From the IMG/VR virus record IMGVR_UViG_3300028027_000121, positions 1-37,947 of that record: DNA of 37,947 bases. One strand, written 5' to 3'. Position 1 is the first letter of the stretch, and every line of letters begins with the position of its first letter. The translations under genes and the position numbers were made by a program. Source of the DNA: a virus. Taxonomy: Duplodnaviria > Caudoviricetes. The notes under the pieces were generated by a model, which worked only from the letters and a program-made list of their open reading frames with translations, made no database searches and was not told the origin of the DNA. Shown piece after piece: positions 1 through 7,821 of the stretch.

Positions 1-87
1 TCACAATACTGGAGTTCTTCATCGCCTTCCTCATTATCACAGCAGTTATGCCAATAATTAAGATCTTCGATAAGGTTACCAAACATC

Positions 88-303
88 TCAATTCTTAGGT
101 TCATCTCCGGACTTTGCATTTAATCTCTTTTCTTTGATTTGGGTTTTTACTTTATTCTTATGACAAGAAGGACACTTCCTCCCATTCCAGAGCTTACCTT
201 GAGCATCGACAAATTTCTTATTTTTACCGTCAAATGAACCAGTGTGTTTACGGACCTCAATCCGCCCACACCCCGAACACTTACTCAGATCCGACTCCTC
301 CAT
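88..303 (-). CDS. small putative Zn-binding protein
   Basis: CxxC pairs CSGC and CPSC; basic C-terminus. Confidence 0.6.
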   Translation of the reverse strand: MEESDLSKCSGCGRIEVRKHTGSFDGKNKKFVDAQGKLWNGRKCPSCHKNKVKTQIKEKRLNAKSGDEPKN

Positions 304-381
304 CCTAGCACCCTTTTATGTTTCTATATACTAAGTTGTTAAATAATAGAAACTCGAAGAGTTTCCGATTATAAAAATACT

Positions 382-894
382 TCATATAATTATACTCGTC
401 TTCCGACTACCTACAATAAACTCCTTAGTTAAGGAGTTGACCGCGTACACGGGAAGACGGTACTCATTGTCCCCCCCATAATACATCATGATAAAGTCAC
501 TTGCCTCGGTCTGAGTTTTGAACTTCCCGACCACTTTTCCTTGACCTCTAGCTGTAACCAGTTCTACATTAACCGACCGCATATCCGGATCAACCAATAT
601 CCTAGCCCTATACTGGAGAGTCTTTCGACTAGCAGGGATGAGATCGGTATATCCATTGTTTCTATATTGATCCTTCCAATACTCTGAATGAAGCTTCAAT
701 GTTTCTATATCGGTAGTGACCGATAGTATCTGGAGAACCAGAGCTGTTTCCGGGGACCTACCAGCCAGATCATCATACAAACGATACAGTGCTCCAGCTA
801 TGTTCTCGGTATAATTGACAGTCGCTAATTTATGCTGCTCATTTGTGATCAAATATACACATGATTGTGGTAACTTTAAGTAATCACTTAACAC
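382..894 (-). CDS. hypothetical protein, N-terminus weakly GIY-YIG-like
   Basis: 170 aa ORF; 'CVYLITN..YTENI' resembles a degenerate GIY-YIG start but the YIG motif is absent. Confidence 0.5.
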   Translation of the reverse strand: MLSDYLKLPQSCVYLITNEQHKLATVNYTENIAGALYRLYDDLAGRSPETALVLQILSVTTDIETLKLHSEYWKDQYRNNGYTDLIPASRKTLQYRARILVDPDMRSVNVELVTARGQGKVVGKFKTQTEASDFIMMYYGGDNEYRLPVYAVNSLTKEFIVGSRKTSIII

Positions 895-1108
895 GAGGAG
901 ATTCCTTCTTTAAAAGACCAATTTTGAATTGGTTCTTCCTTGTCCGCCAGCCGCACTCATTGAGCACATATTCTTCCGTACCATTATTGATGGGCATGCT
1001 GTTCTTATCAACAAGATAGTCCCTTCTATCGATTAACCAGTCCACTGTATTAATTAGCTGGAACTTTTTCCTGTTTCTATTTTTACTACTCATAGTCCCT
1101 CCAGTCAC
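884..1108 (-). CDS. hypothetical protein
   Basis: ORF track; GGAGG upstream of internal ATG (MSSKN), so the real start is probably 1093. Confidence 0.55.
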   Translation of the reverse strand: MTGGTMSSKNRNRKKFQLINTVDWLIDRRDYLVDKNSMPINNGTEEYVLNECGWRTRKNQFKIGLLKKESPRVK

Positions 1109-1807
1109 ATTGTATTACCATGTTTTTCTCATGTTTGTACATCAAAGTTGTTAAGTACTTACACTATCCAAAAAGACCATGTTTCTATACTCGCCCAACC
1201 ACTAAACTACTATAATCACGATAACCTTGTCAACAACTATCTTTGTCCTTATATATGTAACATTTTCACATTACCCAATCCGCGACCAAATTCCACCCAC
1301 CACACACCACTCAAATACCAAACTACACCCATTCTGATTCAAATATAAACCCTATTATTTACCATTTTTGGGTAGGGGTCTTATAGATGATGGCTACCCC
1401 CTGTTTAAAACACTTTTAAAGCCAATTACGGAGTTTGAAAGGGAAACCTTATTAGGAAGGGTATGCTATATATATAATATAATATACATATATACTAGTT
1501 ACTGCACGCGAGAAGTATGTTTCTATATTTGTAAATACTGGAATTTGCATGTGTAGTATACTTGTCCATGTCAAATGTAAAACGTCCCAAGGGGGGGTAC
1601 TATATCAGCAATTCCAGCAACTTACTATAAGATATACTCAATACAGTAAAGCGGCATGGAATACTATAGGCATAGCCTAGTAGAAAACTGGCTAAACTAT
1701 GGCATGGAATTAAAATACTAGGGGGGTAGAATAGGGGTAGACCGATATTGTTTATATCAATCATATCAAGTAAACACTCTTTTTCTACAATCTCCTAAAC
1801 CTTACCT

Positions 1808-1824
1808 TGCAATCATCATGCCAA
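1808..1824 (-). promoter_or_regulatory. sigma54 -24/-12 promoter element
   Basis: minus strand reads TTGGCATGATGATTGCA (GG-N10-GC, fits YTGGCACrNNNNTTGCW). Confidence 0.75.
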
Positions 1825-1892
1825 CCATTGTTCTAAACTCATTGATACTTCCCTCCTTTGTATTGTTCTACCTTACCAGTCAAAAGGTATGA

Positions 1893-1909
1893 TGCAAGCC
1901 CTATGCCAT
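1893..1909 (-). promoter_or_regulatory. sigma54 -24/-12 promoter element
   Basis: minus strand reads ATGGCATAGGGCTTGCA. Confidence 0.72.
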
Positions 1910-1962
1910 ACCCTTACCCTATGCTATGCCTTGCCTAGTATCTATGTATAGTGGATTCGATG

Positions 1963-2169
1963 GGTGCATTGTGACCCTGGTCGGGGTCATTGTGACTCCA
2001 AGCGGTGCGTTATGGCTCTAGTGGTGCATTGTGACGCTGAGTGGTGCCGTTTTGGCTCTAAGTGGTGCCGTAGTGGCCCTTGTCTGCCTAAGTAGTTGAT
2101 AGCCTTGGAAGTGGTGCGGGTTGACACTGGATCGGGGCCAGTTTGGCTCTAGTGGTGTCACTTTGCCAT
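1963..2169. repeat. array of nine degenerate 15-bp pseudo-palindromes (idealised GNGYCA-NNN-TGRCNC), putative enhancer-binding-protein sites
   Basis: units at 1963, 1984, 2004, 2023, 2044, 2065, 2113, 2135, 2155; period 19-22 bp; e.g. GGGTCATTGTGACTC, GGGCCAGTTTGGCTC. Confidence 0.8.
2089..2101 (-). promoter_or_regulatory. IHF binding site
   Basis: minus strand TATCAACTACTTA is an exact WATCAANNNNTTR and fills the one gap in the palindrome array; one-mismatch sites at 1835-1847 (-) and 2187-2199 (+). Confidence 0.65.
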
Positions 2170-2202
2170 GAGGGGGTTTCAAGTGATTTCAATGAGTTAG
2201 AC

Positions 2203-2493
2203 TTGGCACGGCTCTTGCTTCATTCAATCTCAATACGGCGAGTCGGTCAAACGGCGAGTCGGTCAAGCTTGGCACAGCGATTGCAATGTCAAACTTGAGC
2301 AAGGCGAGTCGGTCAAACGGCAAGCCGACTAGACAAAGTGTTGGCATAGCGATTGCAACATCAAATTTGAGCATGACGCTCTAAACATTGTGAGGTTTTA
2401 TGTTTTATCTACTTGGCTTCATTGTTGCATCGTATGTTTTTGCGGTTATGTTTGATGAGATTTTCTAGTTTAGGACTTGGCATGATTGTTGAA
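2203..2493 (+). promoter_or_regulatory. five tandem sigma54 -24/-12 promoter elements
   Basis: TTGGCACGGCTCTTGCT (2203), TTGGCACAGCGATTGCA (2269), TTGGCATAGCGATTGCA (2341), TTGGCTTCATTGTTGCA (2413), TTGGCATGATTGTTGAA (2477, GA instead of GC); spacing 66/72/72/64 bp. Confidence 0.85.
2235..2320 (+). repeat. direct repeat (AC)GGCGAGTCGGTCAA x3
   Basis: exact 16-mers at 2235-2250 and 2251-2266; 14-bp core again at 2303-2316. Confidence 0.9.
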
Positions 2494-2538
2494 TGTAAGA
2501 TTTTGTGAGTGTTTATAAAACTTTTTAAAGGGGATAAC

Positions 2539-2805
2539 ATGATTTTAAGTAAGGAAAAGAAACAAGAATTGTTGATTGCTAAATTAAGAAAGCAAGAAAT
2601 TGAGCGAAAAGTTAAGGCTCAAAAAATGCAATCTTCTGGGTATATCGAATCCCAACACGCTGTTCTTACTAAAGAAACAAGGCTTGTAAACAATGGACAT
2701 TTTATGAAATCGGGCAATCAACTAGAGCTTGATTTCTTAAGAGCAAGAAAGCTTAAGATTATGCAAGAAAAAACCACTAAGATTATCCTAGTAAAAAAAG
2801 TCTAA
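2539..2805 (+). CDS. basic hypothetical protein, first gene after the sigma54 battery
   Basis: AAGGGG SD before ATG 2539; Lys-rich 88 aa. Confidence 0.7.
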   Translation: MILSKEKKQELLIAKLRKQEIERKVKAQKMQSSGYIESQHAVLTKETRLVNNGHFMKSGNQLELDFLRARKLKIMQEKTTKIILVKKV

Positions 2806-2833
2806 GGATAGGGGGGGGGGTGAAATCCCTCCC

Positions 2834-2892
2834 ACGTTTTAAAACTGCCTATGTCGGTCACAAGCCCGAATGAAAAAAGTTGAGTGAAACGT
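2834..2892 (+). ncRNA. twister ribozyme (type P1)
   Basis: P1 ACGTTT/AAACGT; U2840^A2841-A cleavage strand; P2 AACT/AGTT; GCC...TCGGTCACAAGCCCGA (P4 TCGG/CCGA); GAGTG; pseudoknots GCC:GGT and CAC:GTG. Confidence 0.9.
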
Positions 2893-3156
2893 CCTATAAT
2901 CAAACGGAAATCGTCCCCAATATAGGGGGCGTGAATGGTGTGAAGAGTATCGTATTGAACTACGAGGCTACGAGGCTACCATTTTCACCCGACAAAACAA
3001 ATAGCAATATCTGTAGAGTCGTGGGCTAAATAAAATCCTAATAAGAACAGCACGTTACATAAAGGGATTTCTATTTAAAGATCTGACTCTGACACGGGAG
3101 TGAAGGGGAAGGAAAAGGAACGAGTCTATAGTTGGGATATAAGCCCGACTGTAGAC

Positions 3157-3209
3157 TTCCCTCTTAAGGTATTAGCCTTAACTGATGAGTTCAAAAGAAC
3201 GAAAGGGAA
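3157..3209 (+). ncRNA. hammerhead ribozyme (type III)
   Basis: stem III TTCCC/GGGAA, NUH = CUC (cleavage after C3163), stem I TTAAGG/CCTTAA, core CTGATGA, stem II GTTC-AAAA-GAAC, GAAA. Confidence 0.92.
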
Positions 3210-3305
3210 TTATGAGAATATTGGTAACAGTATCTTTATTTATATTTCTAACATTTACCTTGGTGTTATCGGTTTTCTTTACACCAAACTACAAAAAGGG
3301 ATTAC

Positions 3306-3530
3306 ATGAATCAGGCAAAATTTTATCGCAACGCTTCGCAAGTAAGAAAACATTTTATCCTTAAGAAAATTGATCGTATTGATATTAAGATTGAAAAGTT
3401 TCTCAAGGTTAATAATTTTATCAAGGCTGAAGAGGCTGAGAAAGAATTGTATAGACTTGAGTGTGAACTATTAAAGAACTATGATGTCAATGAGTTGAAT
3501 GAATTATTTATGGAAAGTTACCCAGCTTAA
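3306..3530 (+). CDS. hypothetical protein
   Basis: ORF with AAGGG SD, in a tightly packed run. Confidence 0.65.
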   Translation: MNQAKFYRNASQVRKHFILKKIDRIDIKIEKFLKVNNFIKAEEAEKELYRLECELLKNYDVNELNELFMESYPA

Positions 3531-3538
3531 GGAGTTAT

Positions 3539-3736
3539 ATGTCTGCTCAATTTATTAAGGATCGCATTGATGAGATCGCCAAGAAACTCAGGGAGTTAGA
3601 TATTAAAATTGATATTTACTCTAGGACGGATCGCTTCGCTCACGATATGCACAAAGAAAAATATATTAAGTTAGACATGGAATGTCTTGAACTATTAACA
3701 CAATTAAGAGAGGTAGAAAATGGCGAAGAGTCGTAA
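3539..3736 (+). CDS. hypothetical coiled-coil protein
   Basis: AAGGAG SD. Confidence 0.7.
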   Translation: MSAQFIKDRIDEIAKKLRELDIKIDIYSRTDRFAHDMHKEKYIKLDMECLELLTQLREVENGEES

Positions 3737-3938
3737 GAAAATTTTCCCTAAGCCTGTGCCTAGACTAACTACTGAAAGCTCTAAGCTACTAGGAAAGAAC
3801 TCTAATAAGGTAGGGCGTGAGGCTAACCTAGCGGGTATTTATTACTCTAATAATCCTGTAAACAAATTAACACCGCAACAAATGAAACAATTAGAAAGTC
3901 TTAAGAAACAATTACAAGTCCTTAAACAAAAACAATAG
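3720..3938 (+). CDS. hypothetical basic protein
   Basis: GAGG SD; overlaps previous gene. Confidence 0.65.
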   Translation: MAKSRKKIFPKPVPRLTTESSKLLGKNSNKVGREANLAGIYYSNNPVNKLTPQQMKQLESLKKQLQVLKQKQ

Positions 3939-3947
3939 GAGTATCTC

Positions 3948-4208
3948 ATGACAATTCAAGAACAAATCAAATTAGCTAAGGCTCAACTACAAGCATTGCA
4001 ATCTCAAGTAGTTAGCAAAACATTCTCTAATAAAATCACTGTTAAGATTGGAGAGAAGGGGACTGTAAATGTTTACGGACTGGGTAAATTCCCTGTGTGC
4101 TTATACCTATCGCAGCTCCAGAAATTGCAGACGACAATTAACTCCCCTGATTTTTCTCAGTTTCTTATTGAGAACATGGATAAAATTGCTCAGAAAAAAG
4201 AGGAGTAA
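3948..4208 (+). CDS. hypothetical protein
   Basis: AGGAG SD. Confidence 0.7.
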   Translation: MTIQEQIKLAKAQLQALQSQVVSKTFSNKITVKIGEKGTVNVYGLGKFPVCLYLSQLQKLQTTINSPDFSQFLIENMDKIAQKKEE

Positions 4209-4212
4209 ATGC

Positions 4213-4527
4213 GTGAGAACAATTACATTAATACAATTTCATAATCATACAGAAGATTCGGACGATAGATCTGGTAGGTCAATGATAGGTAAATGGTTCA
4301 TATTAGATGACGAAGATGCGGAGAATGAATTTTATGATGGAGATGATGACGATGGTGATTCTATCTACATTGATAAGCCTTGCGTATCCTATTTCGATAG
4401 CTTCGATGATTACTTAGCAGATGATAATCGTGGGTATATGGTTAGAAGGAATTTAAAATATACCCTGATAAGTATGGACGTTAATTTTGATGAGGAAAAT
4501 GATAATATTAATTGGAATATAGCATAG
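4213..4527 (+). CDS. acidic hypothetical protein
   Basis: in-frame GTG 7 nt after AGGAG is a better start than 4069; Asp-rich. Confidence 0.6.
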   Translation: MRTITLIQFHNHTEDSDDRSGRSMIGKWFILDDEDAENEFYDGDDDDGDSIYIDKPCVSYFDSFDDYLADDNRGYMVRRNLKYTLISMDVNFDEENDNINWNIA

Positions 4528-4535
4528 GAGTAAAC

Positions 4536-5984
4536 ATGAAAACAATTGGCGTAGGCTCTCTAGTTAAAATTAATCCTGAGATTTTTGGTGAGACGTGTGA
4601 CCCTCAACAAATGTATGGGTCATTAGGTTACATTGGTATATTTAAAAATGCTATCTGGAAAGTAATCAGTATATCATCTGACTCTCACCGAGGTATGTGT
4701 GCATGGGTAAGTCTTACTAATGCTGAAGAACTAATGAAAGATTTGAAGGGTGTTAAGAGTGTCACCAGTGAGGGGCAAGCATTTATTCTACTAGATGATT
4801 TGGTTCATGCTAATACAAAGACAACACTCAATTATGTTTTAAGTAGCACAGTTAAAAATAAAACTCAAATGATTGCCGACTTGTTTGAGGATAGAAGAAA
4901 GCTTAAGGCTCAAGGCTTGTCACGTATTCAACCTGAGATGGTTGCTAACTGGAAACAAATTAGAATCCTTAGAGGTGAACTTAAGGGAACTATCCCTCTA
5001 GTTGGAGAGGCAAGTGTGTATCTTCCTAAGCAACGCATCACTATTAAATTAGATCCTTCCGAAGTGCCTGATGAATCGGATGAATCAATTGCATCATTTA
5101 AAAGATTGTTGGTTGGTAAGCTTAGAATCTTACGATTGAAAAATAGAGTTAATGCTTCAGACTATAATGCGTTTGGAACTAATGTTAAATACTGCGGCGG
5201 GACATTCGTTAATTCTGGGGAATTACTTGAGGCTTTTGAGGCAAGCCTTACTGAGTCATTAAATGAGTACAAGAAACCTACTGACCCTAATGCTAACTAT
5301 GTAGGCGTAGAGGTTGAGTTTATTTATTCTGGTAACGATAAGGATTTGCGTCGTCTATTAATTGAGAAACGTCTACATAAAAACATTCGAGTAGAGAGTG
5401 ATGGTTCTTTGCGTGCTTGTCATAATAGTGGGTATGGTACTGCTGAGTTACAGATCATTGCAAAAACTACTGAGTTAGAAAGTGTAATGAGTAGACTTGA
5501 GACTGTATTAAATCACCCATTGATTGACGGATATACTAACCGATCTTGTGGAACACACGTCCATCTTGATATGAGAAATCGAGATTACATTTCTTGCTTT
5601 AGAAATCTAGTAAGAGTTCAGGATATTTTACGAGGTGCCCAGCCTATCGGACGATTAAAGAATACTCATTGTAAGCCTAACAAGTCTGACGAGTTTGGTA
5701 ATGAGAATAATAGATATTTAGTTGTGAATCCTAACTCATACGAGAAACATACAACAATTGAGGTTCGTATTCATGAGGGGACTGTAGATGTTAAGGGTAT
5801 TGTAAACTGGACTATGTTTCTTGATTCGATTGCATCATGTAATGTTGAGATTCCTGTAAACAAATTTAGAACGGCAAGGGAATTAGTCGCGGCCACCAAT
5901 ATTTTAATTCCTGCTGATTCTCTGAGTTATGTAGACTCTCGTATTGAAAAATTCCAATCTGTAACAATTGCTCACGTATGTTAG
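4536..5984 (+). CDS. COOH-NH2 ligase (amidoligase_2 family, glutamine-synthetase-like fold) with long N-terminal extension
   Basis: GVEVEF, DGSL, ELQ, SCGTHVHL, RY, TIEVRIHEGT motifs; AGGAG before ATG 4536. Confidence 0.85.
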   Translation: MKTIGVGSLVKINPEIFGETCDPQQMYGSLGYIGIFKNAIWKVISISSDSHRGMCAWVSLTNAEELMKDLKGVKSVTSEGQAFILLDDLVHANTKTTLNYVLSSTVKNKTQMIADLFEDRRKLKAQGLSRIQPEMVANWKQIRILRGELKGTIPLVGEASVYLPKQRITIKLDPSEVPDESDESIASFKRLLVGKLRILRLKNRVNASDYNAFGTNVKYCGGTFVNSGELLEAFEASLTESLNEYKKPTDPNANYVGVEVEFIYSGNDKDLRRLLIEKRLHKNIRVESDGSLRACHNSGYGTAELQIIAKTTELESVMSRLETVLNHPLIDGYTNRSCGTHVHLDMRNRDYISCFRNLVRVQDILRGAQPIGRLKNTHCKPNKSDEFGNENNRYLVVNPNSYEKHTTIEVRIHEGTVDVKGIVNWTMFLDSIASCNVEIPVNKFRTARELVAATNILIPADSLSYVDSRIEKFQSVTIAHVC

Positions 5985-6244
5985 TGCCATACTTTTATTT
6001 TAAGATTGGAGACAATATAGAAATAATGCAGTTACACAATACAATGATTAAATTCCGTACTGAGGAGGTTGACGTGGATGGGACTACAATTTATATAAAA
6101 TCAGTTGAGGAACCAGAGTTTAGTTACAATGATTTGTATTGTAACGGGACAACTAAATCTAAAAATTATAGGTTCATTGAGGTTGTTGGATGGGGCGAAA
6201 GATATTGTGCAGCTCTTAAAATTTTGAATCAAAGGACTAACTAA
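5978..6244 (+). CDS. hypothetical protein
   Basis: overlaps both neighbours (translational coupling). Confidence 0.6.
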   Translation: MLVPYFYFKIGDNIEIMQLHNTMIKFRTEEVDVDGTTIYIKSVEEPEFSYNDLYCNGTTKSKNYRFIEVVGWGERYCAALKILNQRTN

Positions 6245-7473
6245 TGTGTAAACTATTACTAATGACTGGTATCACTGAACCTTTAGTGGCAAAAGAATTT
6301 ATGTCTAGGATTAGTATCCCTATGTCTCGATCAAATCGAGATGGTATAGGTTATACTGCGGTAAAGTCTGACGGAAGTTTGTTCTCTGAGCGTTGGCATA
6401 ACAATGAATCATTTATGGAATACAATTCTGTAATGGTTCCTGCAATTGCTAATGAGTTAATTGCTTACAAGAATAGATTACCCTATGGTGCATTGCATAC
6501 TAACTACGATCAACGTGGTGATATTGACATGGGTGATATGACTTCTGTTACAATGCACACTAGGTTTGCTACTTGTGGTAAAGAGTTTGCTAATACTCAT
6601 CCATTTATCTTTGAAGATACTTCTCTAGTTCATAACGGAACAATTCGTAACGCCGATAAGTTAAATGTAAATAAGATTAGCACTTGCGATAGTGAGGCTG
6701 CATTACAAACATATCTTAACAGTGGAGTACCCCTTGAAACTAATAAAGCTAAGGGATGGCTTGATATGCTTAATGGCTCATGGGCTTTTGGTATTATTAG
6801 TAGAGATTCTAATAATAAGAGGATTCTTGATGTTGTGCGGGGAACGAGTTCGTTATTCCATTCTCAAGTTGAGGGACTGGGTAGTGTCTTTGTTACTGAC
6901 AAAGATGATCTTATCTCTATTGCTAAGGATATGTCTCTTAATTTGTTAACAGAACCTACTCTATTAAATATGGATTCAATGTTTAGATTTGATGCAATCA
7001 GCGGCGAGCTGCTTGAAACGATTGATATTAAGCCTGCTAAGGTATTCGTCAACCCTCATTATAATACAAGTTACAACTATATGGAGTCTAACTATCAGAG
7101 TGGGAAGGCTGGGATTAGTAGTCAGTCAACTCCCTTTAGCAAATCTACTGAGATGAGTAAGAAAGATGTTGAGTACAACAATCAATTGCTAATGTGTAGC
7201 ATGGATAATTCAGATGTATTCCCTGACTTGGTAGATGCAAAAGGACGCATTGATTTCCGTAAGGTTAAGAAGTATTGCGAGACTGAATCAGAGGCCTTCA
7301 TTGATAGACTAGATGTATTTGATATTGTATACAATAAAAATTACACTTGTGATTATGAATCTTTGCCTGAAGATTTAAAAGAGTATGTTAGAGAGACTGA
7401 CTTCATGAGAGGATTCAAAGAAGCTCGACAACTTATTGCTGAATTATGTAATGTAAAAACAATAGCGAGGTAA
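6244..7473 (+). CDS. class II (Ntn) glutamine amidotransferase
   Basis: N-terminal Met-Cys, DGIG, HTRFAT, HPF, HNG, CDSE. Confidence 0.9.
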   Translation: MCKLLLMTGITEPLVAKEFMSRISIPMSRSNRDGIGYTAVKSDGSLFSERWHNNESFMEYNSVMVPAIANELIAYKNRLPYGALHTNYDQRGDIDMGDMTSVTMHTRFATCGKEFANTHPFIFEDTSLVHNGTIRNADKLNVNKISTCDSEAALQTYLNSGVPLETNKAKGWLDMLNGSWAFGIISRDSNNKRILDVVRGTSSLFHSQVEGLGSVFVTDKDDLISIAKDMSLNLLTEPTLLNMDSMFRFDAISGELLETIDIKPAKVFVNPHYNTSYNYMESNYQSGKAGISSQSTPFSKSTEMSKKDVEYNNQLLMCSMDNSDVFPDLVDAKGRIDFRKVKKYCETESEAFIDRLDVFDIVYNKNYTCDYESLPEDLKEYVRETDFMRGFKEARQLIAELCNVKTIAR

Positions 7474-7474
7474 T

Positions 7475-7642
7475 ATGACTGTTCTACAATTTGGACATAC
7501 TATGTCAGCTTACGGAGGTGCAATTATAGGTCAGTTTGCAAAAGTTAAGCACGGAACAGCTTTTTGTAGGGATGGACAATACCTACATATTAATTTAAAT
7601 AGTGATAAATATTTTACTACGTTTAGACTGAGGTTTGTATGA
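7475..7642 (+). CDS. 55-aa protein, paralog of 7639-7821 (not in ORF track)
   Basis: GAGG SD; MTVLQFGHTMSAYGGAIIGQFA...KYFTTFRLRFV; ATGA overlap with next gene. Confidence 0.75.
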   Translation: MTVLQFGHTMSAYGGAIIGQFAKVKHGTAFCRDGQYLHINLNSDKYFTTFRLRFV

Positions 7643-7821
7643 GAGTTGTACAATTCGGACTTGCTATGAGTACATTTGGAAAAAACTATGTTGGACTGTT
7701 CGCAACGTACTCTAGTACAGATTCAAGTCCTAAGGCTGTATGTAAAACTGGTGAACATATGAGTTTAGAAACAGGAATAGGTAGAAACTATTTCTCAACA
7801 TTTAGATTGGAGTTTGTATGA
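7639..7821 (+). CDS. 60-aa protein, paralog of 7475-7642
   Basis: MRVVQFGLAMSTFGKNYVGLFA...NYFSTFRLEFV; ATGA overlaps on both sides. Confidence 0.75.
   Translation: MRVVQFGLAMSTFGKNYVGLFATYSSTDSSPKAVCKTGEHMSLETGIGRNYFSTFRLEFV

Noticed and set aside
2189-2374. 61-aa repetitive minus-strand ORF
   Set aside because: Its repeats are the translation shadow of the sigma54 promoter duplications
1963-2380. CRISPR array
   Set aside because: Repeats are 15-16 bp, degenerate, nearly abutting and lack unique 25-45 bp spacers; no cas operon (21496-22551 is a typical phage exonuclease next to ERF)
2811-2840. Rho-independent terminator
   Set aside because: The hairpin is real but the T-tract is short, offset by ACG, and forms twister P1 and the cleavage site; weak termination is not excluded
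3015-3060. Pistol ribozyme within the cargo RNA
   Set aside because: CGTGG and TAAATA words occur but P1 and the pseudoknot cannot be built
3100-3309. 69-aa ORF
   Set aside because: Runs through the hammerhead cleavage site and the G-U-containing hairpin; better explained as ncRNA
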